DNA of 64,000 bases from positions 327,822 to 391,821 of the forward strand of contig MU053444.1 in the NCBI GenBank assembly GCA_013239625.1, given 5' to 3'. The notes below the pieces were generated by a model. It ran no database searches. It worked only from the letters and a program-made list of their open reading frames with translations, and was not told where the DNA came from. The stretch is from Lama guanicoe (lineage: Eukaryota). Shown in pieces: positions 26,501 through 39,606 of this stretch. The translations under genes and the position numbers were made by a program. The number at the start of each line of letters is the position of its first letter. Position 1 is the stretch's first letter.

Positions 26501-29500
26501 AGTAAGACCTTACCTCTGTGGGGCATAAAGCACTGCGTTGCTTCCGAACAATCAAAGAACACTGAGCTTTGTGAAACAGTCCTGAGGCACTTAAATCGCA
26601 CATTTTCTGAAATGCTTCAAAACTGACCCACTACACCATTCCAGGTACAATAGGGAGGTACCGGAATTAGTAGAGAAAACATGCCCTTGAAGTCTGACAA
26701 GGCCCTGCTAGAATCCTGCTCCAGCATTTACTAGCCGCTAAATGGACCAATATCTTAACCCCTCTGAGAAGGCTTGCCAATCCGCAAAAGGGGGCTGCCA
26801 CCCCCCACATGGCAGGGATGGGTATGAATGGAACACCCAATTAGGGCAGCCGACTGGTACCTGACACAGGGCCTGGCTAGTTTCCCTCCGCTGCCCTTCT
26901 CCCCCTTTAAACTTGCACTGTTGCCTCTGGTAAGGATCAAGCCCCCGCAAGAGACTGCTCGATTCTTCTGTGTATCCCCGGTTACATGACTTACCCTTAC
27001 CCTTAGGAGGCCAGAAAAACTGCCTCCTCCCCAGTTACTAGCAATATTCTTTTCAGTCTGGGTTTTTAACTCTATTTTACAGGGAGGCTATTCCAGAACT
27101 GTCCAAGCACCATACTCCAGGTTGGCTCCCCTTCCAGCATCCATTCCTTTTCATCTCAGATCCTGTCTGGTTACCTTCTGTTCATGGGAAAGTGAGTCCT
27201 GTAGGGTAAGGACTCCCTAGGCCTCCCTCCCTCCCTCACAGGTAAGTGTGACTACCTTCTCCCCACTCCCCACTCCAACTTCTGAGGAGTCTCCCCTCCC
27301 GGACCCTACAGCCTCTGCATCGTCCCAAGACACGCACACGTGGCCACAACCTTCCCTTCAGATTTCTTCCCCGGTGGCCCTCCCCACCCCCCAGTCCCTT
27401 AAGGATAAATGGCATTGCTCTGAAAATCCCAAACGCCACTGACTGACACACCACAGCTCCATTGTCTGGGCTTTCCTCCAACCGAGGCACAGCTCTGTCC
27501 TCCCTCAGCTTTAGTCTGCACCTCTCAAGATGAGCTCATCCACCTACACGGCTGTGAACACCAGCTAAGAATGACGACTCCCACTGTGTATCTCTAGTCC
27601 GGCTCCTTCAGCTGAGCCCCAGGTTCATAGACCCGAGTGCCTCTTTGAAGTCCTAACTTGGATGACAAATGGCATCTCAAAAATCCCTCATGTCCACCAT
27701 TTACACTGGGATTTGTTTCCTAGCTGGTACCTCCCAGGCTCCCCATTTTAGTAACAGACCCAGCACCCACCAAGGTGTTTGAGGTCACATTCAATATCCC
27801 GTGTTCCCTCCCCCCAGCCTTGCCCTGGAATCAGTACTGTTATTTCCATCGCTAAGCCCATCTTAAGTCTGGTTCTGCAGAGACCATGGTCATAGCCCCA
27901 CAAGCTCACAGCATGATGCAGTGAGTCACAGTCCTCCGAAGTGTTCTCCCTGGAGGGGGAGGCATCTCCTGACGATGCTTACCTCAGAAGGCACTGGATT
28001 CTCACACAGGAGGCCCAAGAGAAGGGACTCAAGTTTCATCCGTGGTCTGAGCTTTGAAGGTCCCGAGGTCTGGGGGAGCTCCTAATTAGCAGACACACCT
28101 GCCAGTGAGCAGAAGAGGATGGAGGAACCCAGGCAAGGCTGTTTTCACTCTGATTCCTGGGCTCTCAGGAGCCACGGGAAAGGCCTGTGTCCAGGGCACA
28201 GCCCATCAATCACAGATCCCAGCCTGCATTTGCCAACCCGGACAGTCAAGACTCCTTCAATTTTCGACACTTAATTCTGTTCTGTTCCCCACCCAGGATG
28301 TGATGGACTCTTTCAGAAATTCTGGCCTGTCTCAAGTGAGACCAAGTCAGTGAAAAACGCAGTGTCGACATTTGGACCAGAGCATGAAAGGAGAAACAAG
28401 GCCTCATGGCCAGCATGATGGTGGTGGCCAAACCCTTTCCCCGGGTGAGATGAACCATGGTAGGGGTGAGAATGCAAGGCCCTAGGTCGGTCAAAGCATC
28501 TTCCTTCACGGCTGACTGGGGTGTTGGGGTCTCACTACCACAAACTCAAGACATGGCCGTCAGTGTTGGACGTCAGCTGCAACAGACACAGAGTCAGCTA
28601 TTTACTGCCAACATGGGTTAAAAGTAAAGTCCGGTGCAGGGAGGCCTGCACGGCTGCTGAGGCAAACCACAGACCCGGCTCTTAATGCCCACTGGCTGAA
28701 GCAGAGTGGAACCTACGGTCCCCTTTAGCGGTCCCTGTGTCCAGCAGATCCAGTTGAGCCAGCCTCTTCGTAGAAGGCCATGTTGTCCTGATACTCAGAA
28801 AAACCAGCCTCGTACAGGGAACAAAATAGTGGCATGGATTTTAGACCCGATACTGCCCCTTTATGAAGGCAAAGTACAGTAAATGGCACGGGGAAGTTCA
28901 ATGTAAAAAAAAAAAAAAACGGACTGCTTCCTCCAACATGGTCCCCTGCAGCTACTCACCCCCGAGCCGGCCACATTCTCACCAGTGACCATCGGCCAGG
29001 AAGCGCCATCACACACGTCACACAATGACAGCCAGGAACCGCGTGCTGAGAACTTTTGTGGAAAAGCAGAAATCGAGCAAGATGCTGCAGACTTTGACTT
29101 TCCAAGTTTAAATACTCCATGAAAAGAATCCCTCAACAGCAGCCTAAATTGATTCGCATCTCACTTCTTCAAAACAAACAAACAAATCTAATAAGGGTGC
29201 ATTTGTGACCAAATATAAGGAGGACCAAACAGGTTCCTCAAACCAAGGATTTTAACAGTTATCAAACACCAGTGGGTGATGTGCTAACAAAGCAAATATT
29301 CCAAAAAATTAGAAAATTTAAAGATGACTAGGATAATACATGGATCAAGGCAGCTGTTAGGTTTTTGCTTTTTAAAGAAATGGAGACAGCACGGAGGGCG
29401 ATCTAGCTATTTCCAATGCAGGGTGTGCACAGCCCACCTATTCAGACGCAACAACATGCTCACAGGGCAGTCAAAGAGAAAAAGGAAAATAGAAAAAGGA

Positions 29501-31339
29501 AAAGAGTAACAAGCGAAAATTAGAAGCACACAAGAACAAAAATGAGTTTGACAGCCTGTACAAGAACTTACATGAGTGTGATGAGGACAAGGACATGGGG
29601 AGGGTGAGACCCACCCTCACCTCCTGCTCCAGGGAAGGCAGGGGCCTATGGGGAGCGGCACTACTGGGGACACCAACGTGGTCAGAGCCCCAAACCAAAA
29701 CTCCACCTACATGCATCTATATAGCTTTTGAGCTACAAAATGTGGTCGCATTTCAGGCTGGACAGTTTTACTCACTGCCACCAAGAGTAGCAGGAGAGAA
29801 TTAGGCTCTGCTCCTGCACCAAAGCATTGTTTTATAAATGAATGACTGTGGAATAGTAAAAGGAACAATGGAGTAACAGTGACTGCAGAAGAACATGTTG
29901 ACCCGAGCTCACTGGCCGCGTTATCTCACTGACGTTCAGATGTTGGCTGGGTGCTTTTTGTACCAAAACAGACAGACCCACCAGGAGGGAGGTATAATGC
30001 GCTGCTGTATTTTGATGCCGAGAGCCATGCCTGGTACATGAGGTTCTGGGTAAACAATGGTGACAGTGTCAACCACTATGGGCTAAGCACACATCCAGGT
30101 ACTCCGCCAAATCCCAAGGACAGACTTCAAATGGCAAAAACAAGCTGGCATCCTCTGGTGGGTCTACAGACTCAGAGCCAAGCAGTGGCTGAGCAAAAAT
30201 ATCGCCAGTGCCTCCTATGACAAAAGAGGAAGCACTGGCCAGGGGGCTGGGGCAGGGCTCCAGGCTTCCACTGCTCACCCACCAGTCTGTGCAGGGGGAG
30301 AAGTTGGTCCCTGCTTACGTTGCACCGATGCGCCTACCTTGACTAATGCCTGGGGGCTCAGCAGGAGGTGATAGGAGAGGTGAATGGAGCCAGGCTGGGA
30401 GAAGTCCGGTGCTGGCAGCTGTGCCTTCAGCAGTGCCCAGGCTTCTAAACCTGCCACCTCATCTCCAAGTAGCAGAAGGGGAGTGCGGAAATGTAGATCA
30501 CAGGGCCCTGTGAGGACAACTACAGATCATGGCCACGACATACCTTGCCCCTTCCTTACGCCATAGAGGCATGTCCGGAGAGGAACTGAAAATTCATCCA
30601 GAGTTTGCAAGGCACCACAAGCAGGTGGGACTCGGGTCCCCTGTGCCTCTCACTCACAGGGTTGGTCTGGAATTCTTTTTATCAATTCTCTTGCATCTTC
30701 TCCTCCAACTGACCAACAACCAGAAAGTAGGATCTGATCTTACCTAAGTTCAAGAATCACAGATCACGGCCTCCACAGCGGACCCGGCTGCACATGCCAG
30801 GTCCTCTGACCATCACCTGTGAGACTGCCATGAGCGTTCTCCAGACTCAAGGCCCGGGGCTATAGGCCGGGGGGACACAACGTCCCTCAGTCTCCCCAGC
30901 AAATGGGGACCACCTCTCGGCAAAGGCATCTCAGTATCTTCTGCCCGAGGGACAGCATGATAGACACAAGGGGAAATAGAGCAGAAGGTGGGGGTGTAGG
31001 CAGCCCAGAAGAGCTCGTCTGCACTTCCGTGGCAAAGTGGGGCCGTTGATCTAATCACAGGGACAAAGTGAGGATGAACCTTTCCCTGCTCTGTCCCATA
31101 CTCCGTGACACGCCTTTCCCTGCGTAAGGAGTTCATTCGGAAGTCCCTGGCGGTGTTTCTGATGTCCTAACCTGGCATGGTGGCTGTCGGGCATGAAGAG
31201 AAGGCCTGAGCCGTGCAGGTGCTGGGCCTAGGAGTCAGGAGACACCGGCACCACCCCCAGTTCAACTAGAGCCTCGTTCTGCATCTCAGTATTCAGCTTC
31301 TCATCTATAAGCAAAGGGATGAGACTGTCCCAGGACAGG

Positions 31340-31650
31340 CTGCCCAACAGAAATTAAATGAGAGCAATGTAAACAAAGTTTCCCAGTTGCCACATTTAAA
31401 AAGTAGAGAAACAAACAAACAAACAAAAACAAACATTAGAGACTGATTTTAAGAACAGATATTACTTATTCTACTGTATGTAAAATAGTATCATTTTGAC
31501 ATGTAATCAATATAGAAATTAACAAGATAGATTACATTACTTTTACTAGATTAGAGTCAGCGTCTGATCTGCGTTTGACCTACAGCACATGTCAGCTCAG
31601 ACCAGCATACTCCCCAGTGCTACTAGCATCAGTGGCTGTGGCTAATCTAT
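31340..31650. mobile_element. hAT-Charlie MITE (MER3/MER33-like)
   Basis: tgcccaacagaaat...ccacatttaaaaagtag...tttgacatgtaatcaatatag...gtggctgtggcta pattern. Confidence 0.55.
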
Positions 31651-31895
31651 TGGAGAGCAATTACAGGGGTCCCACCAGGGGTCCTGGCTGAAAAGCTGGA
31701 GTAAGTGTCCACACTAACCCTAAATAGATCTCTCTGAAACAAAGGCAAATTCACCTTTAAATGTCTGTAAACCGAGGGCTGCACCTCCCTCCACCCTTGG
31801 CTACAAGGCAGCCCTCTTCCTTGATGATCCCTTCCTGGATGTAGGGAAGCAATCCGGCACACAGCCAGGGTGACCGGGTCTCCAGGTAGACTTAC

Positions 31896-32468
31896 CTGCT
31901 ATCTGTGTCCAGTGCCATGAAGTCCTCCTTCTCAAACAGAATGCAGAGGAGTGGAATCATCTCCCTAGACTTGTTGGGGGCCCTATATAGCCAGTTGGAC
32001 TTCAGCATGATGAAGAGTGACTCAGTGAAGTCTTTGATCCTCTTCTCCACCATCCTGCAGTCATCGTAGATTGACGCCCACGTCGGAGCGCATTTGCTTG
32101 GCTTCCTCCCCATGCAGCACAGAGACAAAAAGCTGAGAGTCATTAACGAGGTGCCATAAAGCTCCTCTGCATGTGGAGTTTCTCAAAGGCCTTGGCCGAG
32201 GGTCAGTCGGTAATGGTAACAAGGCCCACGACCTTGTGGTTGGTCTGGGAATATGCTCCACCCATTCTCGGGCGCATAGTGGTGCCTGTAGTGGATACAG
32301 AGTGCCCAATGGGAACCGCATAGGCTGATCTGGCTCACCAAGGAGATTCACTTATAGATGCAAGAGAAATTCTCCTCTGAGATGATCCCAACGGCTTGGA
32401 ACATCACGGGGAGAATCTGGTCGTTCTCAGCGCACAGCACATAGTCAGGGACACTCATGTTTCAGCCC
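31896..32468 (-). pseudogene. TRAPPC9: TRAPPC9 pseudo-exon 2 (ATG-containing exon)
   Basis: Acceptor ctcctttctcggcAG, ATG at 32458, reading [36 protein letters not shown] (human [37 protein letters not shown]; Arg37 to TGA). After frameshifts it reads [18 protein letters not shown]...[21 protein letters not shown], then donor GTAAGT at 31895. Confidence 0.95.
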
Positions 32469-32899
32469 CTGCCGAGAAAGGAGCAGAGATCGAGATATAT
32501 ACACTGCTGTGGGCTGTGGGCCCCTCTGGGTTGTGGTGACCTGGTGTGTACCACCCAGAGGGCAAGGGGAGCCCAAGCAAAGCCGGGGGTACAGTTTGTC
32601 CTCAGTGTCTGTACATGGCTACTGTAGGTCGGATCACATTACCCAGCTTTTGATCTAGGCTTCCGGCTCCTGCAGAGAAGGGTCCTTTCTTGTTTTCTGT
32701 TTCCAAGCACCTAGCCAGACTGGTGCAAAGTCAGTGCTCAAAATTGCTGAATAAAGAAATGAACAAAGGAACTGCTTTCCTCAACCTGCTTCAGCAGAAT
32801 ATAAACCAAACAACCACAGTGGGATCAAAACATCTGGATATCAACTCCAATTTGTTTGAACTCCTAAGCTGCAGAATAATGGATAACAAAACTTGCCTT

Positions 32900-33022
32900 G
32901 GGAAGGAGGGTACAGTTCAGTGGTAGAGCACGTGCTTAGCAAGTACGAGGCCCTGGGTTTAATCCCCAGTGCCTCATTTTAAAAATGAAACAAATAAACA
33001 AAGATAATTATCCTCCTCAAAA
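32900..33022 (+). mobile_element. tRNA-derived SINE (Vic-1-like)
   Basis: ggagggtacagttcagtggtagagcacgtgcttagcaagtacgaggccctgggtttaatccccagt (tRNA-Ala-like head) plus an A-rich tail. An L1 3' stub follows at ~33048-33103. Confidence 0.8.
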
Positions 33023-35239
33023 AATATATTTTAATTCAAATTTCAGAATACACCTTGCAATTGACACAACATTGTAAACTTTACTATACTTCAATTAAAA
33101 AAATCCTTCCCTTACAAGAATGTATCTGGATTACAGAAGCTTGCAAATGTAAAATGCCTAGGTTACAACCTGCATAAAAAGGCGGAACTGTAGAAATCTC
33201 CTATCCCTCCTTTTTGAGCTATATTAACTTTGTGGGGAATTATAACCTCTCAGAGCTAATTTTCTCAGATTAAAAAAAAGGAAAAATTACCTGATTCTCA
33301 GTAATGCTGAAGAATCTGATAACCCTATGAAAGCATCTGATACACAGAGGTTACTCAATAAATTTTTGTTGAATGAATGAATAAACAAGCAAAGTGAATG
33401 CTGCTCCCTACCACAGACCACCATAATGGTACTGCCTGGTAATCCCAAGCGCACGTTCACCCGACACTACACTAAACATGTGGGTGAACTGTGCAGGCCT
33501 GTGTGCTTCTCTAAGCCCCAGTTTAATCATGAATATAAATGAGGGCAATAACACAAACCTCAAAGGGTTAATGAGTCAGTAATGAATTGTACCCGAATTT
33601 TGCAAGATTGAAGCTTTAAGGAAAAATGGGCAAAGAGTTCATAGGCCCTCTCCATATTATCTCTTACAACTACATGGGAATCTACATCACATCACAAAAT
33701 TAACAGTCTAATTTTTTAAAGAGGCTATTGAGGTTAAATGAGCTCACTGTCTCAAATAAGGAACACACAGCACAAATAGGACAATCCCTAGACCATGAGA
33801 TACACTCAGTTAAATTTCCCACTGAACCCACTGGTCCCTCCAACTTCAGAGCATGAGGATGGGTCCTCATGGCCAGAGGCCACTGCACCTGAAGCTAACA
33901 AAGCTAATGGTCCCCACTTCCAAGAGCCCCTATCACCAAACTAGGTCTAAGTTTGTATTCATAATTTTTTTCTTTTTATTAAATAGAAACCACCAATTAC
34001 ATAGCCTTCAGGTCAGCAAAACCTGACCACAGAGATCATGATGGCAGCCCTTCTTGGTGAAACAATAAAATGAAAAATCAACTCCGCAAGAACTCTGTGT
34101 AAACCTACTAGGGAACTTCATCCTGGACTGAGGGGAAGAGGACTGGGGAGGAGGGGGCAATCTCGGGCACTGAGAACCATGGGCCACCTGTCCCACGATG
34201 GACTTTAGTTTCAACGCTCACCCTCCAGGAACTTCAAAATACACACAGACAGAGTGCCATGGACAAGATTTGTTTTTTTTTTAAAGAAATCCCTGACTCC
34301 CTAGCAGCTCTTGTTTCTACCGAGACACAAATGGATTATGTGTATAATGTTTCACAAAAACCCTAACATACTTTCACCCCAAATTGACACATGAAGAAAT
34401 TGAGGGAGAGAGGTTTATCACATTGTGCAAGATTAGAGAGAGGCCACATCAGATACCGTATTTAAACCCAATCCCCTGCTCCATTGCTCACACTAGAAAG
34501 TGTGACATACTGGCCCTTTCCTGCCCTTTCCCTACAATAAATCTCTGAAGAGTCCTTTCTGTGCCACCTGGAATCACAATCACATCATTTTTCCACAAAG
34601 AACTATGTCACTCCTTGGAGGACCTATCAAAATCTAAAGGGTTGGAATGGGAGGAGAGATTTGCATTTTCTGTTTCTCAAACGAAACATGGCTTTAAAAG
34701 AAATTGAAAAGGACTTACTTAGTGTAAGCCTTCATTGTGCAGAGAAGGAAACGGAGGCTCAGAAGAGATGATGAAAGGGCCTTATTAACAAATATTGCCT
34801 GAGTGCAGCACCAAGCCAGCCCTGGGCACTGTTGTGGGAGGACCTGGGAGACCCAGGAGAATGAGAGTTAGAAAAATGAAAGAGAAGAAGCATACAAGGG
34901 CCTGTCTCTACATCACCATACCATGGAGTTCCACCAAATTACCCAGTATGGATGCAGCCAACATTAAGGTGGGCTAGAGAGGTTACAGAAACCTGGAAGT
35001 CTCAACCATAGTGGAAATTCCAACATTTAATATGCTGTTTCCCAGTTCAAACATCAGCTCAGTGTTCGCTCTGTACCAGGAACCACACGAGGCCTGGAGT
35101 TCTCCCAAATACAGATCTCTATTACCACGTGTGCAAATCACATAGAGGCCCACCAGAAGAAAAACGCCTACAGATAAGATGGAATTGCTGAAACTGAAAG
35201 CAGCCAAGCAGCTTATATTAACTAGGAAAAACGGTGCTG

Positions 35240-35505
35240 CTAGAAATGGACTCATGGACATAGAAACAAACTGTGTTTAGCAGGCAGGAAAGGGGGGATT
35301 AACAGATACACATTAATAAATATAAAATAAATGACAAGGACCTGCTATATAGCACAGGGAACTATATTCAAGTTCTTGTAATGAGTTGTACTAAAAACAA
35401 TCTAAAACTTATGTATATACATATGCATCTGTTTATAACTGAATCTCTCCTGTACACCTGAAACTAACATTGTAAGTTAACTAAACTTCAATAAAAATAA
35501 TTAGA
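35240..35505 (+). mobile_element. LINE-1 3' end (artiodactyl type)
   Basis: acaaggacctgctatatagcacagggaactatattcaa ... tgtacacctgaaactaacattgtaagttaactaaacttcaataaaa. Confidence 0.82.
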
Positions 35506-35789
35506 AAAATAAAAGCAAGTCATTAAAAAAATAAAAGAACACTGTAATCCCCTTAGCTGTAGGTGGTGGAGAATTCTGGCTACAAGCAGCAAGTCCACTG
35601 GATCACTACAGAACTGACTGTCACCGTTTCTGTCAATCAGAGAGTCACTTGGCTTCACTGAGGTTACTTTTCTCTTCTGTGAAAGGCTACATTTGCAACT
35701 AACAATGTATAGAATCTCAGCATTCACAAGCCCAAAAATTAGTGAGGACTTCCCATGGGCCAGGCTCTGGACAGAAGAAAAGATAAGGT

Positions 35790-36130
35790 CTCATATATAT
35801 GAAGAAGTTTATGCCATAAAAACATTAATTCTTCCTGTTTTGATAGACAGATCCAATGTAATTCTGTTTAGAATTCCTACCAGATTTTTCATGGAATGTT
35901 ACAAGTTAATTTATGGTCAGGAACAGCCAAGAAACTTCTTTAGAACCACCACTAGGGAAGGGTGGATAGGTCACTGATTTCCACTGTTCTTTCTGAAGTG
36001 ATGAAAATGTTCTGGAATAATAATGGTTGCAGCACTGTGAATATGCTAAAAGCTGCTGAATTGTACCATTTAAATGGATGGACTTCATGGTGTGTGAACA
36101 GTATCACAATAAAGCTGTTATATGAAAAAC
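35790..36130 (+). mobile_element. Old LINE-1 fragments
   Basis: gatgaaaatgttctggaa...ggttgcagcactgtgaatatgctaaaa...tgaattgtacc (L1MB 3'UTR) preceded by an ORF2 remnant. Confidence 0.7.
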
Positions 36131-36517
36131 ATATTTCTTGACAATTATTTTCCCCTCTATACAACTAGTCTGCCCCACAATTCAAGAAAAAGAAAAACCA
36201 AAACTAACCAAACTGTGCCAGGAGCTCTTTAGGAGTGCAATGTCCCTAGGTCTCCAACGCCTCTGGTGGTACTGTTCCTGTTAATACACACTAGCTGGGC
36301 TGGACTAGTTAGGGACTGTAACTATCTTTCTAAAATCGACGATCACACGTTTCACCCTGGGAGAGGGAAGCCTGGAGGATTGCAAAGACTCATGCCTTCA
36401 GCTCATTTTTAACTGAACCAAGCCCTGCTTTCAACACTGTAATCCCTCTCTCTATAAAAACACGTGACATCAACAAGCACCGCCATCATAACACCTGAAA
36501 GTGTTCAATGTACTTAC

Positions 36518-36654
36518 CTTGGGAAGAAACAATGATGGGGGAGAGGGAAGCTTCCTTAGCACTGACGCTCCCTTTTGCCGACTTCACCAGAAGTTGGGCT
36601 TTACAGCTTGAGGCTCTCAGCCCGGGGAGCAGTGCCCACGCCACTGAGCTGGTC
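36518..36654 (-). other. Candidate 137-nt non-coding exon
   Basis: Long polypyrimidine acceptor ctcctctccctttcccgctccctcAG and perfect donor AAG|GTAAGT; no ATG inside. A candidate upstream first exon ends at AAG|GTGGGA (37114). Confidence 0.6.
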
Positions 36655-37270
36655 CTGAGGGAGCGGGAAAGGGAGAGGAGGGCAGCCCCGGGGTCGCGGG
36701 GCAGGGAAAGCGGGAAGTTGGGGAAGCGGGCTGCAGCACCGCTCGGAGGCCAGCCCCAGCCCCAGCCGCTCGCTCCAGTCTGGGTCCGCAGACCCCGCCC
36801 TCCCGGGACACAGCCCGCCCAGGGGCGGGGACGGGTAGGCGGCCAAGGAGAGGAAGCCCGTGAGGAAAGGACTCTTGGAGGGAGACGGGAAGGGGACGCC
36901 AGCCGCGGACTGAGGGAAGCCCGACTGGGGCGAGAGGAGGCAGGTGCACACCTGGCGCTGGACACCTGTGGCCGGGGCGCCGGGGCAGGTGGCGCGGGCG
37001 GAGGGGCCTGACCCGAGCAATTTAGCTGAACACACGCTGACTCGCGCCCTCGCGGGCTGTGACAAGCGGACGGCCCTCCCGCAACCGCTGAACATTTCCC
37101 GTGAAACTCCCACCTTGCACTTCCACAGCCGGAGGCCCCGGCCCCGGGCAGGAGCCAAAGGCCTACCGGGCAACAGACCGGAGAAGCCTTTGGTGTCGAT
37201 CCCCGGCTCGGAGCTGGAGCTTCCAACCCGCGATCCAGCTGGCACCGACTGCGCATGCGCAGGAGGGCCA
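36600..37270 (-). promoter_or_regulatory. CpG island promoter of unassigned origin with perfect NRF1 palindrome
   Basis: CpG-rich; TGCGCATGCGCA at 37250-37261; GC boxes at ~36793 and ~36822. Splice signals indicate minus-strand transcription. Confidence 0.7.
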
Positions 37271-37934
37271 GAGAGCCTCTGGGTTCAGCCAGAGAAGCTG
37301 GGGAAGTGAGGGAGGGAGAAGATGGGAGGAGGAGGGGACGAGGGGAAAAGTGGAGGGAGACAGATGGACGGGAAGTGCAGAGAGAAGGGAGGGATCTGGA
37401 GGGGGAGGGGAGTAGCAGAGATGGAGAGAAAAAGCTTTACCTCTGGGGGCACCCCGAAACAGGCTGAAGCCCTGCCTCTGTACCCTTCTCTAACACTTCA
37501 AGGCCCGCAGCTCAAATTTTACCTCCCTGGTCCAGCCCTCCAGCCAAGACCTCTGCAGAACCCCTACGGGGATCACACCCATTGCCCCCATTGGGAGTTG
37601 GGTTTCCTGTTGCCCTGGGAACCAATCACCTGTGGGTGTTTTAGCTCAGAACTAAATTGGGAAGGGTACATATTCCCCTTTTACACACTGGGAAACAGGC
37701 AGACAGGATCTCTGCCTTAGCTCCACTGTCCCAGCTGTTGGGCTGGTGGGGAGCAGGAGGTATAAAATCAGAGCCCCAGAGGGAGCAGACTGCCTGAGTG
37801 TTGGCGCATAGTCCCCATCCTTCCTGATTAAACCACAGCCCACCCTAGTGGAACCATCAAGGGCTCACAGTAGGTCCCTGGGTGTGGGAGAGCTGTCCTC
37901 AGTTCCAGTGCCCAGGTTGCTTGGTAGATAGGAG

Positions 37935-38417
37935 TGTTACCGAGTCCAAATTCATTCTCCTCAGTGCAGGACAGGCCGATAATTTTGAAGACCAGGTGTT
38001 GGGGCATGGAATAGCAAGTGTCTGAGCCCTTGATGGCAAACTAATGTCCTGGAAAACCATCCCCTCAAGTCAGAATTCAGGCTCCTTTCCTATGTACTTG
38101 GTTGTAGCAAACTTCTTGGTGTAGGAATTCTTTTTTGTTAGAATCCTTTGTTCTTGCAGCTATCTGCCTGTGTCAAATTTCTGTAAACCTCCAGCAAAAC
38201 AAACGGTTATTTTCTATTCTGCAAATTGTTATCTTTTATGACTGAAAAAGTGTTAAATATCCTTAAAGGTCAGAGCCTAAAGAATAGGCTCCCCTGTATA
38301 TATCAGGCTTTAGGCAACATTGTTTCACAAGCAAGATGAAGACAAGGAGGCAGAGCACAGGGTTAAAGTCAAAGAAAAATGTCTAGTATGGAGTCAGATT
38401 TGTTCTTTTCTATTACC
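37935..38417 (-). mobile_element. Solo ERV LTR, same family as 1695-2235
   Basis: The reverse complement aligns end to end with the 1695 LTR (aatagaaaagaacaaatctgactccata ... tttggactcggtaaca). Confidence 0.85.
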
Positions 38418-39089
38418 CGGGCAGAAGGCACTTGAGGTTTTAAACCCCTTTAAGTTAAAAATAAGTAAAAGTTTAAAAGAATTTACATACATAGGTGGGA
38501 ATATTCATAGCATATCTGGAAAAGCACACAAAGGGTAATAAACAGTGGCATCTCCAGGGAGGGCTGAAAGAACAGAGAATGAGGGAAAATTTCTTTCACG
38601 TATTTCTGTGCTCTGTTTGAATATTTTTAACCATATGCATGTATTTCTTTTTCAGTTAAAAAATTGTAATGGAGCAAAGGAGTAACTAGCACAGCAAATA
38701 CAGCAGCCATGGAATCACTGAGCCATCACTTTTAATTTAAGCCAGGAAACATTTATTGTCTCTCTCCTATGTGCCCAGTGCTGTTTTAAGACTTCTTCTA
38801 TTATTTTTATTATTTTTTATTATTATTTTTATTTTATAAAATAATAACATGCTATCCCTCACCCCTGCCTAGGGCTGGTGGAAAGCCAACTTAGTTTTTC
38901 TTGAGTTGTTTTCCAAGGAGTAGAGATGAGTTATAAACAGAACACATCTTCCGGGCAAAACAGTTGGAGTGGTTTTCCAGCAGGCCAGACAGCTATGAAG
39001 GGTTTACAATAGAGGTGCCCAGAGGCTGAGAGAGAAAGCCTCCAGGACCCTACAACAAGCTGCCCAAAGTGTCTTCTCCATGGCACTAC

Positions 39090-39606
39090 TAAAATACGAA
39101 AAAACAAATCTGACTCCATATTAGATCTGTTCTTTTGACTTTATCCCTGTGCCCTGTTTCCTAGGTTTAGTCTTGTTGGTTCTGCACCTTTTGTAAAACA
39201 ATGTTACTTAGCCTGAAATATACAGGAGACCCTATTCTCAAGGCTCTGACTTTAAGGATATTAACACTTTTCCATTCATATAAAGATAACAAGTAACAGA
39301 ATAGAAAATAACATTTGTTTGTTGGAGGTTTACACGGATCTGACCCAGGTGAAGAGCTGCAAGAACAAAAGATTCTAACAACAAAGAAGTCATACACCAA
39401 GTTTGCAACAACGAAACATTCCTGCTTCCCCTTTTTAATATAAAAAGAGCCTGAATTCTGACTTTGGGAGATGGTTTTCCAGGACATTAGACTTCCATGT
39501 TATCAGCTGGCTTTCCAATTAAAGTCACTATTTCTTCCCCCAAAACCTGGTCTCCCGATTTATTGGTCTGTAATGCACGAGCAGAAGAAGTCTGGACTTG
39601 GAAACA
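39090..39606 (+). mobile_element. Solo ERV LTR, same family as 1695-2235
   Basis: aacaaatctgactccatattagat ... gcctgaaatatacaggagaccctattctc ... tataaaagagcctgaattctgac ... tctggacttggaaaca, collinear with the 1695 LTR. Confidence 0.87.

Larger units (their letters stand above)
423..32468 (-). pseudogene. TRAPPC9: Unprocessed (intron-containing) duplicated pseudogene of TRAPPC9/NIBP, coding exons 2-7 region; may continue beyond the left window edge
   Basis: Five separate minus-strand segments translate to consecutive pieces of the TRAPPC9 N-terminus, in the correct order, separated by kb-scale introns, mostly with GT/AG borders. They contain in-frame stops (32350-32348, 7255-7253) and several frameshifts. 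Confidence 0.93.

Noticed and set aside
423..32468. Possibility that this is the functional TRAPPC9 gene with sequencing errors
   Set aside because: There are multiple independent stops, indels, lost splice sites and many non-conservative changes in a normally highly conserved protein.
32900..32975. tRNA-like sequence
   Set aside because: It is a SINE head with an A-rich tail and degenerate stems, present in several decayed copies; not a tRNA gene.
36486..37256. 256-aa ORF and overlapping 214-aa and 167-aa ORFs
   Set aside because: Low-complexity Pro/Arg/Gly/Ala frames open on both strands of a CpG island, with no recognisable protein similarity; explained by GC content.
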